DNA from: Narcine bancroftii
Taxonomy: Eukaryota
Reading direction: 5' to 3'
Assembly (NCBI RefSeq): GCF_036971445.1
Contig: NC_091474.1
Coordinates: 77,624,001-77,688,000, forward strand
DNA length: 64,000 nt
Part shown: positions 1 to 10,730 of the stretch, one piece after another
Layout of the letters: the number at the start of each line of letters is the position of its first letter
Numbering within the stretch: the stretch's first letter is position 1
Program-made: the position numbers and the translations under genes
The notes under the pieces: generated by a model
What the model saw: the letters and a program-made list of their open reading frames with translations, nothing else
What the model was told of the DNA's origin: nothing
The model's database searches: none

Positions 1-964
1 GCTGCAGTGGTACATGTGATTTATTCAGGAAAAAAAGCTTGTTCAATTGGGAGAGTTTTAATTTTAAAAATGCACCATTATAATGTATTTACTAGAACCT
101 ATCTTCAAAATAGAAATTGTGGTGCTTATATTCTGTAAGTTTAAAAATAAACACATAATAAAAGCAAACAGATTGCAGCAGGATTTAGTCATGAAGTCCC
201 TTTGCCTGCTCTTCAATGGAAAGGATCAGGGCTAGTCTTTTACCTCAACGCAGCTTCCACGCACATCACCCTTGACTCCCCTAATATCCCAAAAGCTACG
301 TCTTGAAAATATTAAGAATCGGAGCCTCTGCAGATCTCTTGGATAGAATTTTGGAAAGGTTAATTTTATCTTGTTATTTTTGATTAGGCTGCGTTATATT
401 TTGAGAACGTGTGAGAGAGAGTGCAAATGCTAGAACCTGCAGCTAAACACAATCTGTAGGAGGAACACAGCAGATCGAGAAAATGAATGATCAATGTTTC
501 TGTCTTGAACCCTTCATCAAGATCAACTGCTCAACTTGCTGATTTCCTTCAACCTATTCTGTTTAACACCATATTTTTAAATCTGACCTCTTACTCAAGT
601 AATACAGCCATGGGAAAAAACAGTCACATCTGTGCTGACAAATCCCATAAGAATGTTCTAAGTTTCAGTAAGATCATCCCTCAGTCTTCTCAACACTAGA
701 GACCTGGTCTATTTAATTCTCCATATTGAGTCATCTCCATTTCTAGCAATCTTTGTTTCACTCCTTCTGACTTCATGTACTGTATATCGCTGCTTGGATA
801 GAGAGACCAAACCAGTTTTCCTAAACAAGATCATTATGCAAACCTATTGCAAAAAGTAAATGGACTCCAATGCTTTTTTCTCTTGTAGGTTGTCATTCAA
901 TGTTTTCTTGCATAGCATAGTAAAGCAGGTTAAGTTAATTGAAGGAATTAAGTGTTTCCATTAC

Positions 965-1156
965 CCAGTTAACTTTCTTTTCTCTTTGCTTCATCAGATG
1001 TTCCTGCAAATGTTCTCCGATCCCACCACAGGCGCCAAACCTTTCTACGATAACTTTGGTTACTTTGTACTGGTCCTCAGGGACCAGGTGTTTTACACAC
1101 TTTAGGTAGGTGTCCAGTGTCTCCTGTAGAAGAGGGACAGGACACTTGGGCAACAC
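965..1156 (-). CDS. CHAT: Choline acetyltransferase coding exon (VLPKCPVPLLQETLDTY...QREKKVNW), 192 bp, phase 0/0; gene continues beyond the left edge
   Basis: Choline/carnitine acyltransferase N-terminal motif LPx(L/C)PVP..L..TL..Y. AG acceptor at 1158-1157 and GT donor at 964-963. Lies downstream of VAChT as in the cholinergic gene locus. Confidence 0.93.
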
Positions 1157-2102
1157 CTACAGATTACAGAAAACAAAATGGATGTCAACCATTAAGTAGG
1201 AACCTGGGTGAACGGTGAAAACAATTAAATTGTACAGTATAGAACTCATTGGCTGGCAGGTTCTTCGTGGCAACACAGACAATCTATCTCTTCATTGCAA
1301 AATTTGTTTTGCATTTTAATAAATGTTCAGCATGTATTATTCATGGGACGTTGATAAGGCGTTATCTGTTTGTGAAAGGTATCTTCCAAATCTGAAACAA
1401 CATTGCTTGTACTATTTGAATGCAGGTCGTATGAGTAAATGATTCAGAAGTATTTATCACTCATTCTTGGTTAGTAATGCTATGAGGGGTTGTTGAAAAG
1501 CAATGACCCTGCTGTATTGGACAATAGTTAGTTAAACTAACCAAGTCAGAGAGAGATACAGCATGCAGACAGGCCCTTGGACCCACTGGATCTATCCCAG
1601 TCATAATCCCATGTTACTCTCTCAGATTATCACTCATCCACACACTTGGGACGATTTGCAATGGTAATTTCATCTGCCAGCCAGCACGATTGGAACCCAG
1701 ACTATCCAGAGGGAATCTATACATTCAGGGAGAATGTGCAAACTCCTCAGATGTGCAAGCTCAAGGTCGGGATAGAATCAGCGACTCCGTGCTACTGTGC
1801 GGTACTCACTAAATGATCAGTTTAAACGTGTGTGGGGGGGGGGGGTTGGGGGTGGGTGACATTCCTTAAACCAACTATATACCCGTTGCACTGAATAGGC
1901 CAGCAATGAGATTGCTCTCTCTCCAACCCTACCTGAGGGCATTAAATTGATTTGGACATGATTTTATTCGTCACCACACGGCGCTCAGGTAGCATTTGAC
2001 TGTCAAATTCCAGTGACAGAGAAATATTTCTACACATCAAGATTAGAACTGTTACTTGCATTCCTGCCTTGGAACAAACACTGTGCATAAAAGTTGCCAT
2101 AC

Positions 2103-2165
2103 ATAGCTGTTCCTGCGAGCTCTGGGTCGGACCGAATCCTGATTGGATTTATGCGGAACACTCAT
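2103..2165 (-). CDS. CHAT: Probable ChAT initiator coding segment (MSVPHKSNQDSVRPRARRNSY) within exon 2103-2223
   Basis: Polypyrimidine acceptor ttctctctttaatccAG at 2225-2224, accATG at 2165, and phase-0 donor TAT|GTATGG at 2102 that joins in frame to VLPKCPVP. The 21-aa length resembles known ChAT N-termini. Confidence 0.7.
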
Positions 2166-2779
2166 GGTTTCGTCAAGACCGCACGTACTCTCTGGAAGAA
2201 TGATGGGCAGATGGAAATAACGCCTGGATTAAAGAGAGAATGCAAGGAGGTACAATTCGCCCCTTCCAACCAACGCACGTCTCCATCACAATTCTCTACC
2301 TGTTATCCGCGGCGTTGCATTCTGTAACATTGCTCCAACACCCCAATCTCCCTTTCTTCCAGAAGGTCTGCATTGAAGCCGACCTTGACGCTAAACTCAC
2401 CTCCCCCCCCCCCCGGCTCCAAGTCCTTTCCTCAAAACTAGCATATAAAAAAAAATCGAAAGCATTTGAGAACACTCGTGGAAATAAACGAGGAGATCAC
2501 AGAAGAAGAGTTTCTGGGGGAAAGAGCCGGAGAATCAACTTCCAAGCATTGTCCTTGGGCGCAACACAGAGCCAAGGCGCCAGGTTCAGCCAAACCTGCC
2601 CACTTCCCATCCAATATTCTGCAATTCTACCAATTAAAGGCAAACGATGAGATGCTGGAGTGAGGAAGCATCTCTGGGTAGAGATAATCGGTGCTACTAA
2701 AAGTCATAAAAAGGTGGAACTGGCGGCCACATCCCGTTTTCGAAGTGTTAACAAATAGCGGATCAATATTTGCACTTAC

Positions 2780-2838
2780 CAATCTTCAGGATTCCACAGG
2801 ACACGAAAGGGAAGCCTGCTTTACTGGAGAACCCATGA
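2780..2838 (-). other. Candidate 59-nt ChAT 5' cassette exon
   Basis: Acceptor ctcatttcAG (2840-2839) and consensus donor TG|GTAAGT (2779-2774). Confidence 0.45.
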
Positions 2839-3116
2839 CTGAAATGAGATACCGGGCAACAATGGTCAACTCTCTCCGTCCGCTGTCACCGCCAGTTCTA
2901 TCGTGTTACCGATGGAGCTCGATTATACTCTTGCTCGGAATGCCAGAACCCTCCCCCTTTCCCTATTCGCCCAGCCTCACAACCGCGCACGGCCAGACGT
3001 CGACGACATCCACTCACTTTGAGCACGGAGGTTAGATATGAGCTCTGGGTTGGGAGGTGCAGGGGAGTGGGTGGCGGCGGCGGGGCTGGAAGGGGTGGGG
3101 GGGGGTAACAGGTTAC

Positions 3117-3493
3117 TTTGGCATGGCGCATTTTCCATCCTCGGCAGGTCATTATTCAGCAAGAAATGTTCCTCAACTAACGTGTTCAGACTTGGCGTCG
3201 GTGACTCCTTCCCTCTCTCAGCAGAAGGTGCCCCCTGCCTCCGATGCACACCAGTGGTAGAAGTGAAGGAGTTCATCTGAGAATTTGGGCTGAGGCGCTT
3301 CCCATCACACCCCACCAGCCCCGGGACTGCTGCATTCCAACCCGTTCCGACTGATGCGGCCGTGAATGAGCATCGCCGAGCTGTTCCAGGTTCCGAATGA
3401 AACCCAACGCTGACCAATTCAGCCGAGAAGGCTCGTCCGTCAGTGGACGCCGTTCAAACAATACTCATCCACCCTCTTCTTCAGGGAAACAAC
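3117..3493 (-). other. Candidate ChAT 5' exon (M/N-type analogue) in a CpG-rich region
   Basis: Acceptor ccctgtttgccAG|G at 3495-3494, donor AAA|GTAACC at 3116, and gccATG at 3124. Confidence 0.4.
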
Positions 3494-4902
3494 CTGGCAA
3501 ACAGGGCATTTCTCGATTAAGTGCAACCGAAACTTTTTTTCGTTTATTGCAAAATACTTTCCATTAATTGTAGTTAGAACTCTGGAAGGAGCATCGCTCC
3601 CAAATAGCAGTCTCATTATTTTAACAAGCCATTTGGCGGCGACATCCGGATGTCATTTCGGATTGAAACTCGATTTTAGGACTTGTAATGAGATCTATTT
3701 CCGAGTCTGACGCGGTTTGCCGATCATCTCCCAGACGCCGGGGGCTCGGCACCGCGCCGCTCCCGGGCTTCCCTGAGGATCCTGGCCGGGAGGAACGTTT
3801 GCTTTCATCGGGGAATCGGAGCGGTTCGAGTCGGAGGAAACTCGACCCCCGGCTCACACCTGCAACCCGAGTCCGAAACTTTTATTTTCACGTTGGAATG
3901 AAACCGGAGGCGTGGAGATGGGAGCCGATAAATGTCCGAAGCAAATCAGAAACCGTGACATGAAAAGTTTATGTTGCTGTGTTTTCAAGACAATTGTAAT
4001 TCTCAATATAAGACCACAACAGTGGAAACGGGGGGGGGGGGGGGGGGTGTCCTGGTTTTACAAGCACTCGTTTCCAGACTTTTTCCTCCCGTCGCTGTTT
4101 TAATTTATCTTTCAAATTCCCCTTTGAAAGCTCTCATCGAATAAATTTCCAATCGACCTACTTCGGCATCACCCTGAGTTTTATTATGCCAACTCCATCC
4201 GTCTTGTTATTGAGATGAATGGAAAATGTAAGCGAGAACATTTTGGGGGTGGGTTTGCATTTTATTAAAGATTAAGAAGCGAGAGCGTTTATATTAGAGC
4301 GGATTTGTTGGGTCAAACAGGTTTCATGGGGGCAAGTGTGTGTATTCAAATGTTACATTATCTTTATGTGATCAGATGTAATCCAGCTCTCCCCTCGAGT
4401 AAATGTGTCCACAATATTTTCCGAGTATTCATCAGAAAAGTTTATTGGTGTGGGTAAGATTTCAAAACCGTGTGCACGGATAGATAACGTGAAAGCCCGA
4501 CGATCTGAAAGCAACTTCGTTGCGCCGTTCTTGCACATGAAGCCGCTGCTTTGAAATGAAACCAATTTATTGAAACTCAAGTCATCATCTCTTGATCCAA
4601 CTTTAATCTGAAACCAGGTTATAATGTAGCAGCACATACAGGTCGAAATAGCCCGCGACAGAGATCCATTCGCAGAGAAAAATACACCGTCGTTTCTTTT
4701 ACAATTCGATTCCAAGACGCAATGTAAGGAGCATACATATTTATCTACAATATTTTTATTCCCATCATATCCCTGAAAATTTCGTACATTGAGCTCTTGT
4801 CATCAAGGTGTGCAACCTGGAACTCACACAAACAAATTCAATTAGTGGAAAAACTGCACTCGACATTATTTAAATAATGAAATGTAAAACACGAAAGTCT
4901 GC

Positions 4903-5014
4903 AAACCCCTGTTTGCATTATTTAAATCATGAAAAATTATTTAAACCCCTGTTTGCATTATTTAAATCATGAAAAATTATTTAAACCCCTGTTTGCATTA
5001 TTTAAATCATGAAA
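4903..5014. repeat. 40-bp tandem repeat, about 2.8 copies (aaacccctgtttgcattatttaaatcatgaaaaattattt)
   Basis: Units start at 4903, 4943 and 4983, at the edge of a dispersed repeat. Confidence 0.9.
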
Positions 5015-5018
5015 TGTA

Positions 5019-5218
5019 AAAGTCTGCAAACCCCTGTTTGAAGTAAAAAGACGATGCTGGAGAAACTCAATAGATCAAACAGTGGGCTTTATATTGTAAA
5101 GATCCATAACCAACCTTTCGGGCTTGAGCTCTTCACCAAGGGATGAGCCATAATGTTTGACCTTGGCTATATAAAGGGCACTGTTTGGCCACCTGAGTTA
5201 ATCCAGCATTGTGTTTTT
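5019..5218 (-). mobile_element. Penelope-type terminal repeat / palindromic dispersed repeat with a degenerate hammerhead-like core
   Basis: Arms gatgctggagaaactca / tgagttaatccagca, and minus-strand ttggtgaagagctcaagcccgaaa. The family recurs many times in the window. Confidence 0.6.
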
Positions 5219-5248
5219 ATTATTTAAATAATCTCGGGATAAATGTGA

Positions 5249-5254
5249 TTTATT
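5249..5254 (-). terminator. First candidate AATAAA polyadenylation signal of SLC18A3
   Basis: TTTATT on the plus strand about 270 nt downstream of the VAChT stop. Further hexamers at about 5216, 4755, 4567 and 4441. Confidence 0.45.
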
Positions 5255-5525
5255 GTGGAAAAAGACGAATCCTGATTGAGCACACTCTCCCCACCTTTGT
5301 CAAAGTCGCCATTCCGGTAAGACCCACGAAATTAGCGTTTACGTAAATTATACAGAAGTATGGCACGGCAAATATGACCCCCCCCCCAAAAAAAAAAACC
5401 CGGATTATATTAGACATCTAGTACATCACAGAGTTAAATTGTATTGCATTCATGTAGATCCTGGGAAGGTTGGAGTGTTTCGGAGCTAATTGTAATCATT
5501 ACTGGACGAATCGTCTTCAGACAGT

Positions 5526-7040
5526 CTATTCACTGTACCCCTCCTGGTCGGGGAGCACGGAGTGGTTACCTGGCCAGCTACCCTGAGGATCCTTAGCCGT
5601 CTTGCGTTCTTCCATGATAATGGTGTCATACAATCCCTTTGGCCCCTCCTCCAGTAGGATATTTCTCTCAGAGAGCGAGGGTTTCATTTGACACACTTTC
5701 CTGAGGAACAGCAGGGCTGGGGCATACAGGATGTTGACTAACCCCATGCCGAGGTTGAGCTGCACAAAACCCAAGTCGTGGACAATTTGCCCAGCCACAA
5801 TCGGACCCAAGGCATAGGCCACAGAGTAGGAGATATCTGCTATGGCGTACACACTCCCGTACACGGACACGTAACGAATATCGACAAGGAAGGCGAGGGT
5901 GGGCAAGAGGGCCGTGTCCACCAAGGCGATCCCAAAACATAGGGCGCACAGGGGGATGATGAGTTCTTCGAAATTCCTACAGGCGGGGACTGTGCACGAA
6001 CTGGCCCCGATGATAACCAAGCCCACGGCTCCGTAGAGCCATTGGTAACTGGGATATTTGGCGGCGAGCTTGACAGTGACATATACCCCTAGGACGTGCG
6101 GAAAGAATGCCGGTAACCACGTTAGACCCATTTGCCATTCGCTCGCATTCATTGTCTTTTTCATCCAGTTTGATATGGTGGGTTCGAGGAAGGCGAGGGG
6201 GATGTTGCAAGTGGTGAGAGCACCGGCCACCACAGCAATGTAAGGGTCGATCATAAGTTTGTAGATGGGGGTGCCTTGAGGCATGTTTTCACGTGTTCTG
6301 CTTGCAATTGGCGTCACGACCATGAGCAACAAAATACCGTCCAGCAGGCAGACGAAGGATAACACTAAGAAGGGGACCCACTTCCCCGCGAACTCGTACA
6401 ACACGCCGCCGAAGGGAGGCGCCACCAGGCTGCCGAAGGAGATGAACGCCAAGGCGATGCCCAAGGCTCGGCTCCTCTCCGACTCCTCCGTGTACTTGTC
6501 GGCGATCATGGCGATCCCCGACGTGTCCGCGAACGCTGAGCCCAGTCCCTGCAGGCTTCTCGCGGCGAACAGCATGGCATAGCTTTCCCCGAAGGCGAAG
6601 GTGATGGTGGAGAAGAACATAATGGCGAGGCCGATCAGCAGCGGAATGTCGTAGCCCACTCGGTCAATGAAGGTCCCAGTCAATGGGTTGGAAAGCAACT
6701 GCAGGATGGCCTTGGACGCAAACAGCACCCCGATCTGGATGTCTTCGTTCGCATTGGGGTTCCTCTCCAACACCGCTGTCTGGGTAGAGTTGAGTAGGGA
6801 GCCATTGGTTCCGTTGGAAGGCGTTGTGATGTACACCAGTTTGTAAGTTCTTATCGTTTCAAGGTAGTTTGGGATAATGGGCACGATCACCATGTAGAGC
6901 ATGTTGTCCAGTAACATGGCTATGCACACGATGACCAGCAGAATTTGGCGTTTCCGCAGCGGTTCATTCATGGCCCCGCTGATCCGTTGACATCTCTCTC
7001 CAATCGCGCCGGCAAATTTCCCCAGGGCTGCCTTCGCCAT
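5526..7040 (-). CDS. SLC18A3: Vesicular acetylcholine transporter (VAChT), intronless, 504 aa
   Basis: MFS 12-TM pattern, [15 protein letters not shown]1, glycosylated lumenal loop (NGT/NGS/NST), [13 protein letters not shown], and C-terminal SERNILL dileucine motif. The first in-frame ATG is at 7040; the ORF-track start at 7238 is a GTG. Confidence 0.98.
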   Translation of the reverse strand: MAKAALGKFAGAIGERCQRISGAMNEPLRKRQILLVIVCIAMLLDNMLYMVIVPIIPNYLETIRTYKLVYITTPSNGTNGSLLNSTQTAVLERNPNANEDIQIGVLFASKAILQLLSNPLTGTFIDRVGYDIPLLIGLAIMFFSTITFAFGESYAMLFAARSLQGLGSAFADTSGIAMIADKYTEESERSRALGIALAFISFGSLVAPPFGGVLYEFAGKWVPFLVLSFVCLLDGILLLMVVTPIASRTRENMPQGTPIYKLMIDPYIAVVAGALTTCNIPLAFLEPTISNWMKKTMNASEWQMGLTWLPAFFPHVLGVYVTVKLAAKYPSYQWLYGAVGLVIIGASSCTVPACRNFEELIIPLCALCFGIALVDTALLPTLAFLVDIRYVSVYGSVYAIADISYSVAYALGPIVAGQIVHDLGFVQLNLGMGLVNILYAPALLFLRKVCQMKPSLSERNILLEEGPKGLYDTIIMEERKTAKDPQGSWPGNHSVLPDQEGYSE

Positions 7041-7131
7041 CGTCGCCCCACCACTTTCCTCCCGCAGCGGCCGCGCCGACTTCCCTCCGGATCCCTCGGG
7101 CGGCGACTGGACCCCCCCCCCCTCCCTGTGA

Positions 7132-7182
7132 TTACCTGGACACAAAGCCCCGGGTGCGCCCCGGCGTCGCGGGCACGGGCAT
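7132..7182 (-). other. uORF in the VAChT leader ([16 protein letters not shown]) whose stop lies in a 5' splice site CAG|GTAATC
   Basis: actATGc at 7182; TAA at 7134-7132 overlaps the donor GT at 7135-7134. Confidence 0.55.
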
Positions 7183-7638
7183 AGTCGCCGGGCGGCCAAG
7201 TCCGAGGGGAGCGAGGGAGGCGGAGAAGGGGAATGCACTCCTCCAACTCTTCAATCTTGCCCGGACGGCGGATGAACGGATTGTTGCGACGAGGCAGTGG
7301 TCACACCGCCGGATTGCGGGAGTCGCCACCTCCTCCACCTGTAACCCACCCGGCTCCTCCTTCCTCCGCGGAAGCCATTCACGCTTCCTTGCTCCTTGCT
7401 TTTTTTTTCTTGACGTTTATGACGGGACTTTGTTCCGCTTTCATCTGGTTGCACTGGAACACGCCCCTGATGCGAATTCGCCACGTGACTGGATCTTCTC
7501 CAATTCCAGACCGTCCACACTCTGATCCCGGGATGTGGATAGTTGGGAGAACTGCGACTGCTGTGGTCCCGAGCACAGAGGCACTGGGCGGACCTGGTGG
7601 CAGAAATGAGCCGGGACCGCTCCCTTCATGGACACCAA

Positions 7639-7829
7639 GTAAAAACACGCTGGAGAAACTCAGTTGGTCAAACCGTGTATTTCATGGAGCAAAGCTAACG
7701 GTACAGAACCAACATTAGGGCTCAAGCCCGAAAAGTCCGCTCTGTATCGTTATAAAGTCCACGGTTTGACCTGCTGAGTTTCTCCAGCGTTGTGTTTACT
7801 GCAATCACGGTGTCTGCAGACTTTCGTGC
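7639..7829 (+). mobile_element. Penelope-type repeat, inverted relative to the 5019-5218 copy
   Basis: agggctcaagcccgaaa core and tgacctgctgagtttctccagc...tctgcagactttcgtg tail. Confidence 0.6.
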
Positions 7830-9685
7830 ATTATCGAGACATATGGATCAACTGACCATTTCTCCCCCGGGAGGTTGCGTAACCAGCGCCTCATTGGCTG
7901 CGTTCAGTCCCGAGCTGGTCATCCGGCGAGCCCCACAGACCTGCCCGCCTCCTCTCCCTAGTTTGATGCTCAGCGCTTGACTGGACAATGTACGTTGGCC
8001 AGAAACTATTCGGAATCCACGAATAGCTTGGAACGGAACAGATCGATTTGCTTTTGGAGTTTGGGGAATCCCTCTGACCAGTTTGTCTTTGCTCAGGGTC
8101 TGACTTCTCGTGGGTACACTTGTTACGGCGTGGCAAGACTCTTTGAAACAGCACTTGCTTTTTCTCCACAGCAGATATTTCAGTGCGATTGAAGTCAGTC
8201 TGTCCGCAGTTTCCTTCCAGTGCTTGCGACGTGCAGAAGGACGCTGCTGGTCCACCGCAGCGGCCAACACCCCCGCAGTATTCTGGAGATCGGCGGTAAC
8301 TCTCGATGACCGCCAGCTCTCAGCACTTGTTGCAAACAAAGAATTGTTGGACGAACTCGGTGGGTCGGCTAGAAATGGTCCGTCATCGTTTCAGGTCGAG
8401 AGCCCGAGACCTTGACAGACCATTTCTCCCCTTGCGCGCTGGGGCCCGGCCAACATTTCGTTTTTTACTCAAATTCCAAAATCTGCATTCTTTGTGATGC
8501 TGCCTTTGGACTTGTTGGTGGCCCAGGGCGATGGGGTCAGGAGGATTTGGATGCCGGGGGGAGATTGGATAGGCTGGGCTTTGATTCCCTGGAGGCTAAG
8601 GGGTGAGGCGAATGGTCAATTGCACAGATAGGGGAGATGGTGAGAGCCCCTTTCCCATCATAAAGGACCAAAAATTGGAGAGCATTTTTAAGGACTGTGT
8701 GAGCGAGTGGGGGGGGGGGCAGGCAAGGGGGATCTGAAGGGTACCTTTTATTCGGCTGGCAGAGAAGATGGTGGTATCAGATACAAACTGACGGGAAACA
8801 CGTCCAGACAGAAGAGTCCGGTCCTGATGCAGGCAAATTGGATGTGTAGATGTGCCGAGGGTCCGTTTCTGCGCTATCGAACGAAGTGGCTCTGAGGATG
8901 TGTTCCAAAATTCACAGAAACGCAGACCATTCAGCCCATCGAGACAATGCATGCAACATATTAATTCCGTGCCCTCGTTATTTTTTTCCCTGTGACATTT
9001 AATTGTCGCCAGATTATTCCACAGACCTACACGTTAGGGGTCATTTACATTGGCTGATCAACTCAGCGAACAGCATGGCTTGGGAGGAGCCCATGCGGTC
9101 ACAGAAATCTCCACACACACACACACACAAATTCCAGAGACCAAGATCGAATCCGGGTCTCTGGTAATGCGAAGTGATAGCAGCATTCGCTGCTCTTCGG
9201 CTCTTGTCCGGATGGGTTGCATCAATATTGTTGCGTTCGGATTCTGTCTTGGCCTCTATGTTGGAGTAGAACCACGATGTGGCAACAACAGCTTCTCGTT
9301 TTATATTCTAGTTGGCAGCGCTCGCTGTATCTGTCTGGGACGACAGGCGCTGGCCATAGTTTTCATGTATCGAAGGCCAACGAGGGGCAGTAAACTGGGG
9401 AAATCAACGCTATGGTCATCTCTCATCACCACAGAGCAAACGTTTGGCCAATGGACTGTACAGCATGGTCATGAGCATGCAGGGGGGCAGGACAGATGTT
9501 AGTAAGAGCGGTGCAGATGTTAGAAACGGGGTAAGGGGCATCTCATCCCCAACCACCCCAGAAACTGAAATAATTGACATTTGGCTGTAATGCAAGTCGA
9601 TGAACTGGGTGCAAGACGTGCGGTGCACTGGGTGGGGTCGCTCCACACTGAGCAGGGTGTGCAAAGTCCAGTCCGCTCAATTTGA

Positions 9686-9842
9686 TCCAACTTTGGATCT
9701 CGGGTCCCGCTTTGCAGGGACTACCATGTACCCGTTTCCCGGGACTGATTTTATACCCAACCACCGTATTGTAAAAGTTACCCCATGGACCCAGTCCTGA
9801 GCAGATGTTAATGAAAGGTTGAAATGGCCGGGGTCCAAAGGG
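9686..9842. mobile_element. Degenerate piggyBac-type MITE
   Basis: Right end gtccaaagGG followed by TTAA; internal similarity to the 30574 and 60948 copies. Confidence 0.55.
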
Positions 9843-10439
9843 TTAAACGCATGGCCACTTCATTCTCGTTCTCTCTGTTGTCTGCAGCACTTGACACCGA
9901 ATGTCTTTGGTGATATCTTTCCGATTAGGAAAATGGCTTGAGAGCAGGCATTCTGTGTGGAAGGATGAGCTAGAGGCTTGCACACGGTTTGTTCGTTGGA
10001 GCAGCGCAGTACTGAGGGAGTGCCGTCGCCCTACCGTTCCAACAGATACAACAAGATCGAGGAGCAAGAACAAAAACTGGTCGCAGTCCCCTTGACCCCA
10101 ACGAACACTCCCACGATGTGGTTCTCAGCTCTCTTTTTTTTTTAAAGAGTGAGGGTTAGAATTTCTGTGTGCCAATTGGGGGGGGCACGCGTGGGCACCA
10201 ACCGCTTAAATAAAAAGATCTTCCAAAAATAAAACCTATTGACCACGTCGGTCTTCATTGCACTGAAAATACAATGGTCCCGTGATGGAAAGGGTGCAAA
10301 TATTGATATCTGTGGGGTTCGCACCATATTCTGTAAACATAGGTATAAATCTACACCTTGTTTTGCTTTAACAAGAGCACCTTTAGAGGGCAAGTCAATG
10401 ATAAACAACCGATGACTTTCTAATCTGTGAACGCGACCG

Positions 10440-10730
10440 CCTCACTTTCATCCCACACAGGTCTCAAAGCCCTCTTTCTTTCTTGACAAGAGACCAGGCA
10501 CCCTCCAACACCATCCTCCTCTGCCTGGCAGAATTGTTCTCACTCTCCGTTAACTCATCTCACTTTCCTAAGGTTAGAACGCCTGCCGACATTTTTTCCG
10601 TATCTTGAAGGGCTCAAGCCCGAAACGCTGGTTCTGTATCTTTACCTTTAGTATCCAAAGGACACTGTTTGACCAGCTGGGGTTCTCCAGCATCGTGTTT
10701 TTCCGGAGTCTGGAGACTTTCGTGTTTTAC
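10440..10730 (+). mobile_element. Penelope-like fragment (RT remnant plus terminal repeat)
   Basis: Degenerate IPH..GLKAL.FFL / L.LAEL.L-like coding remnant, followed by gaagggctcaagcccgaaac. Confidence 0.5.

Noticed and set aside
4866-5040. CRISPR-like repeat array
   Set aside because: The units are contiguous with no unique spacers, and the context is vertebrate.
3560-5500. TAAT clusters as Isl1-Lhx3 cholinergic enhancer sites
   Set aside because: No convincing match to the bipartite motif; AT-rich background explains them.
7041-7238. 66-aa N-terminal extension of VAChT in the ORF track
   Set aside because: It starts at a GTG in a GC-rich leader. Homology to known VAChT begins around the ATG at 7040.
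7848-8606. Overlapping 60-160 aa ORFs upstream of VAChT
   Set aside because: GC-rich promoter-like DNA plus a repeat remnant; no recognisable domain or consistent exon chain.
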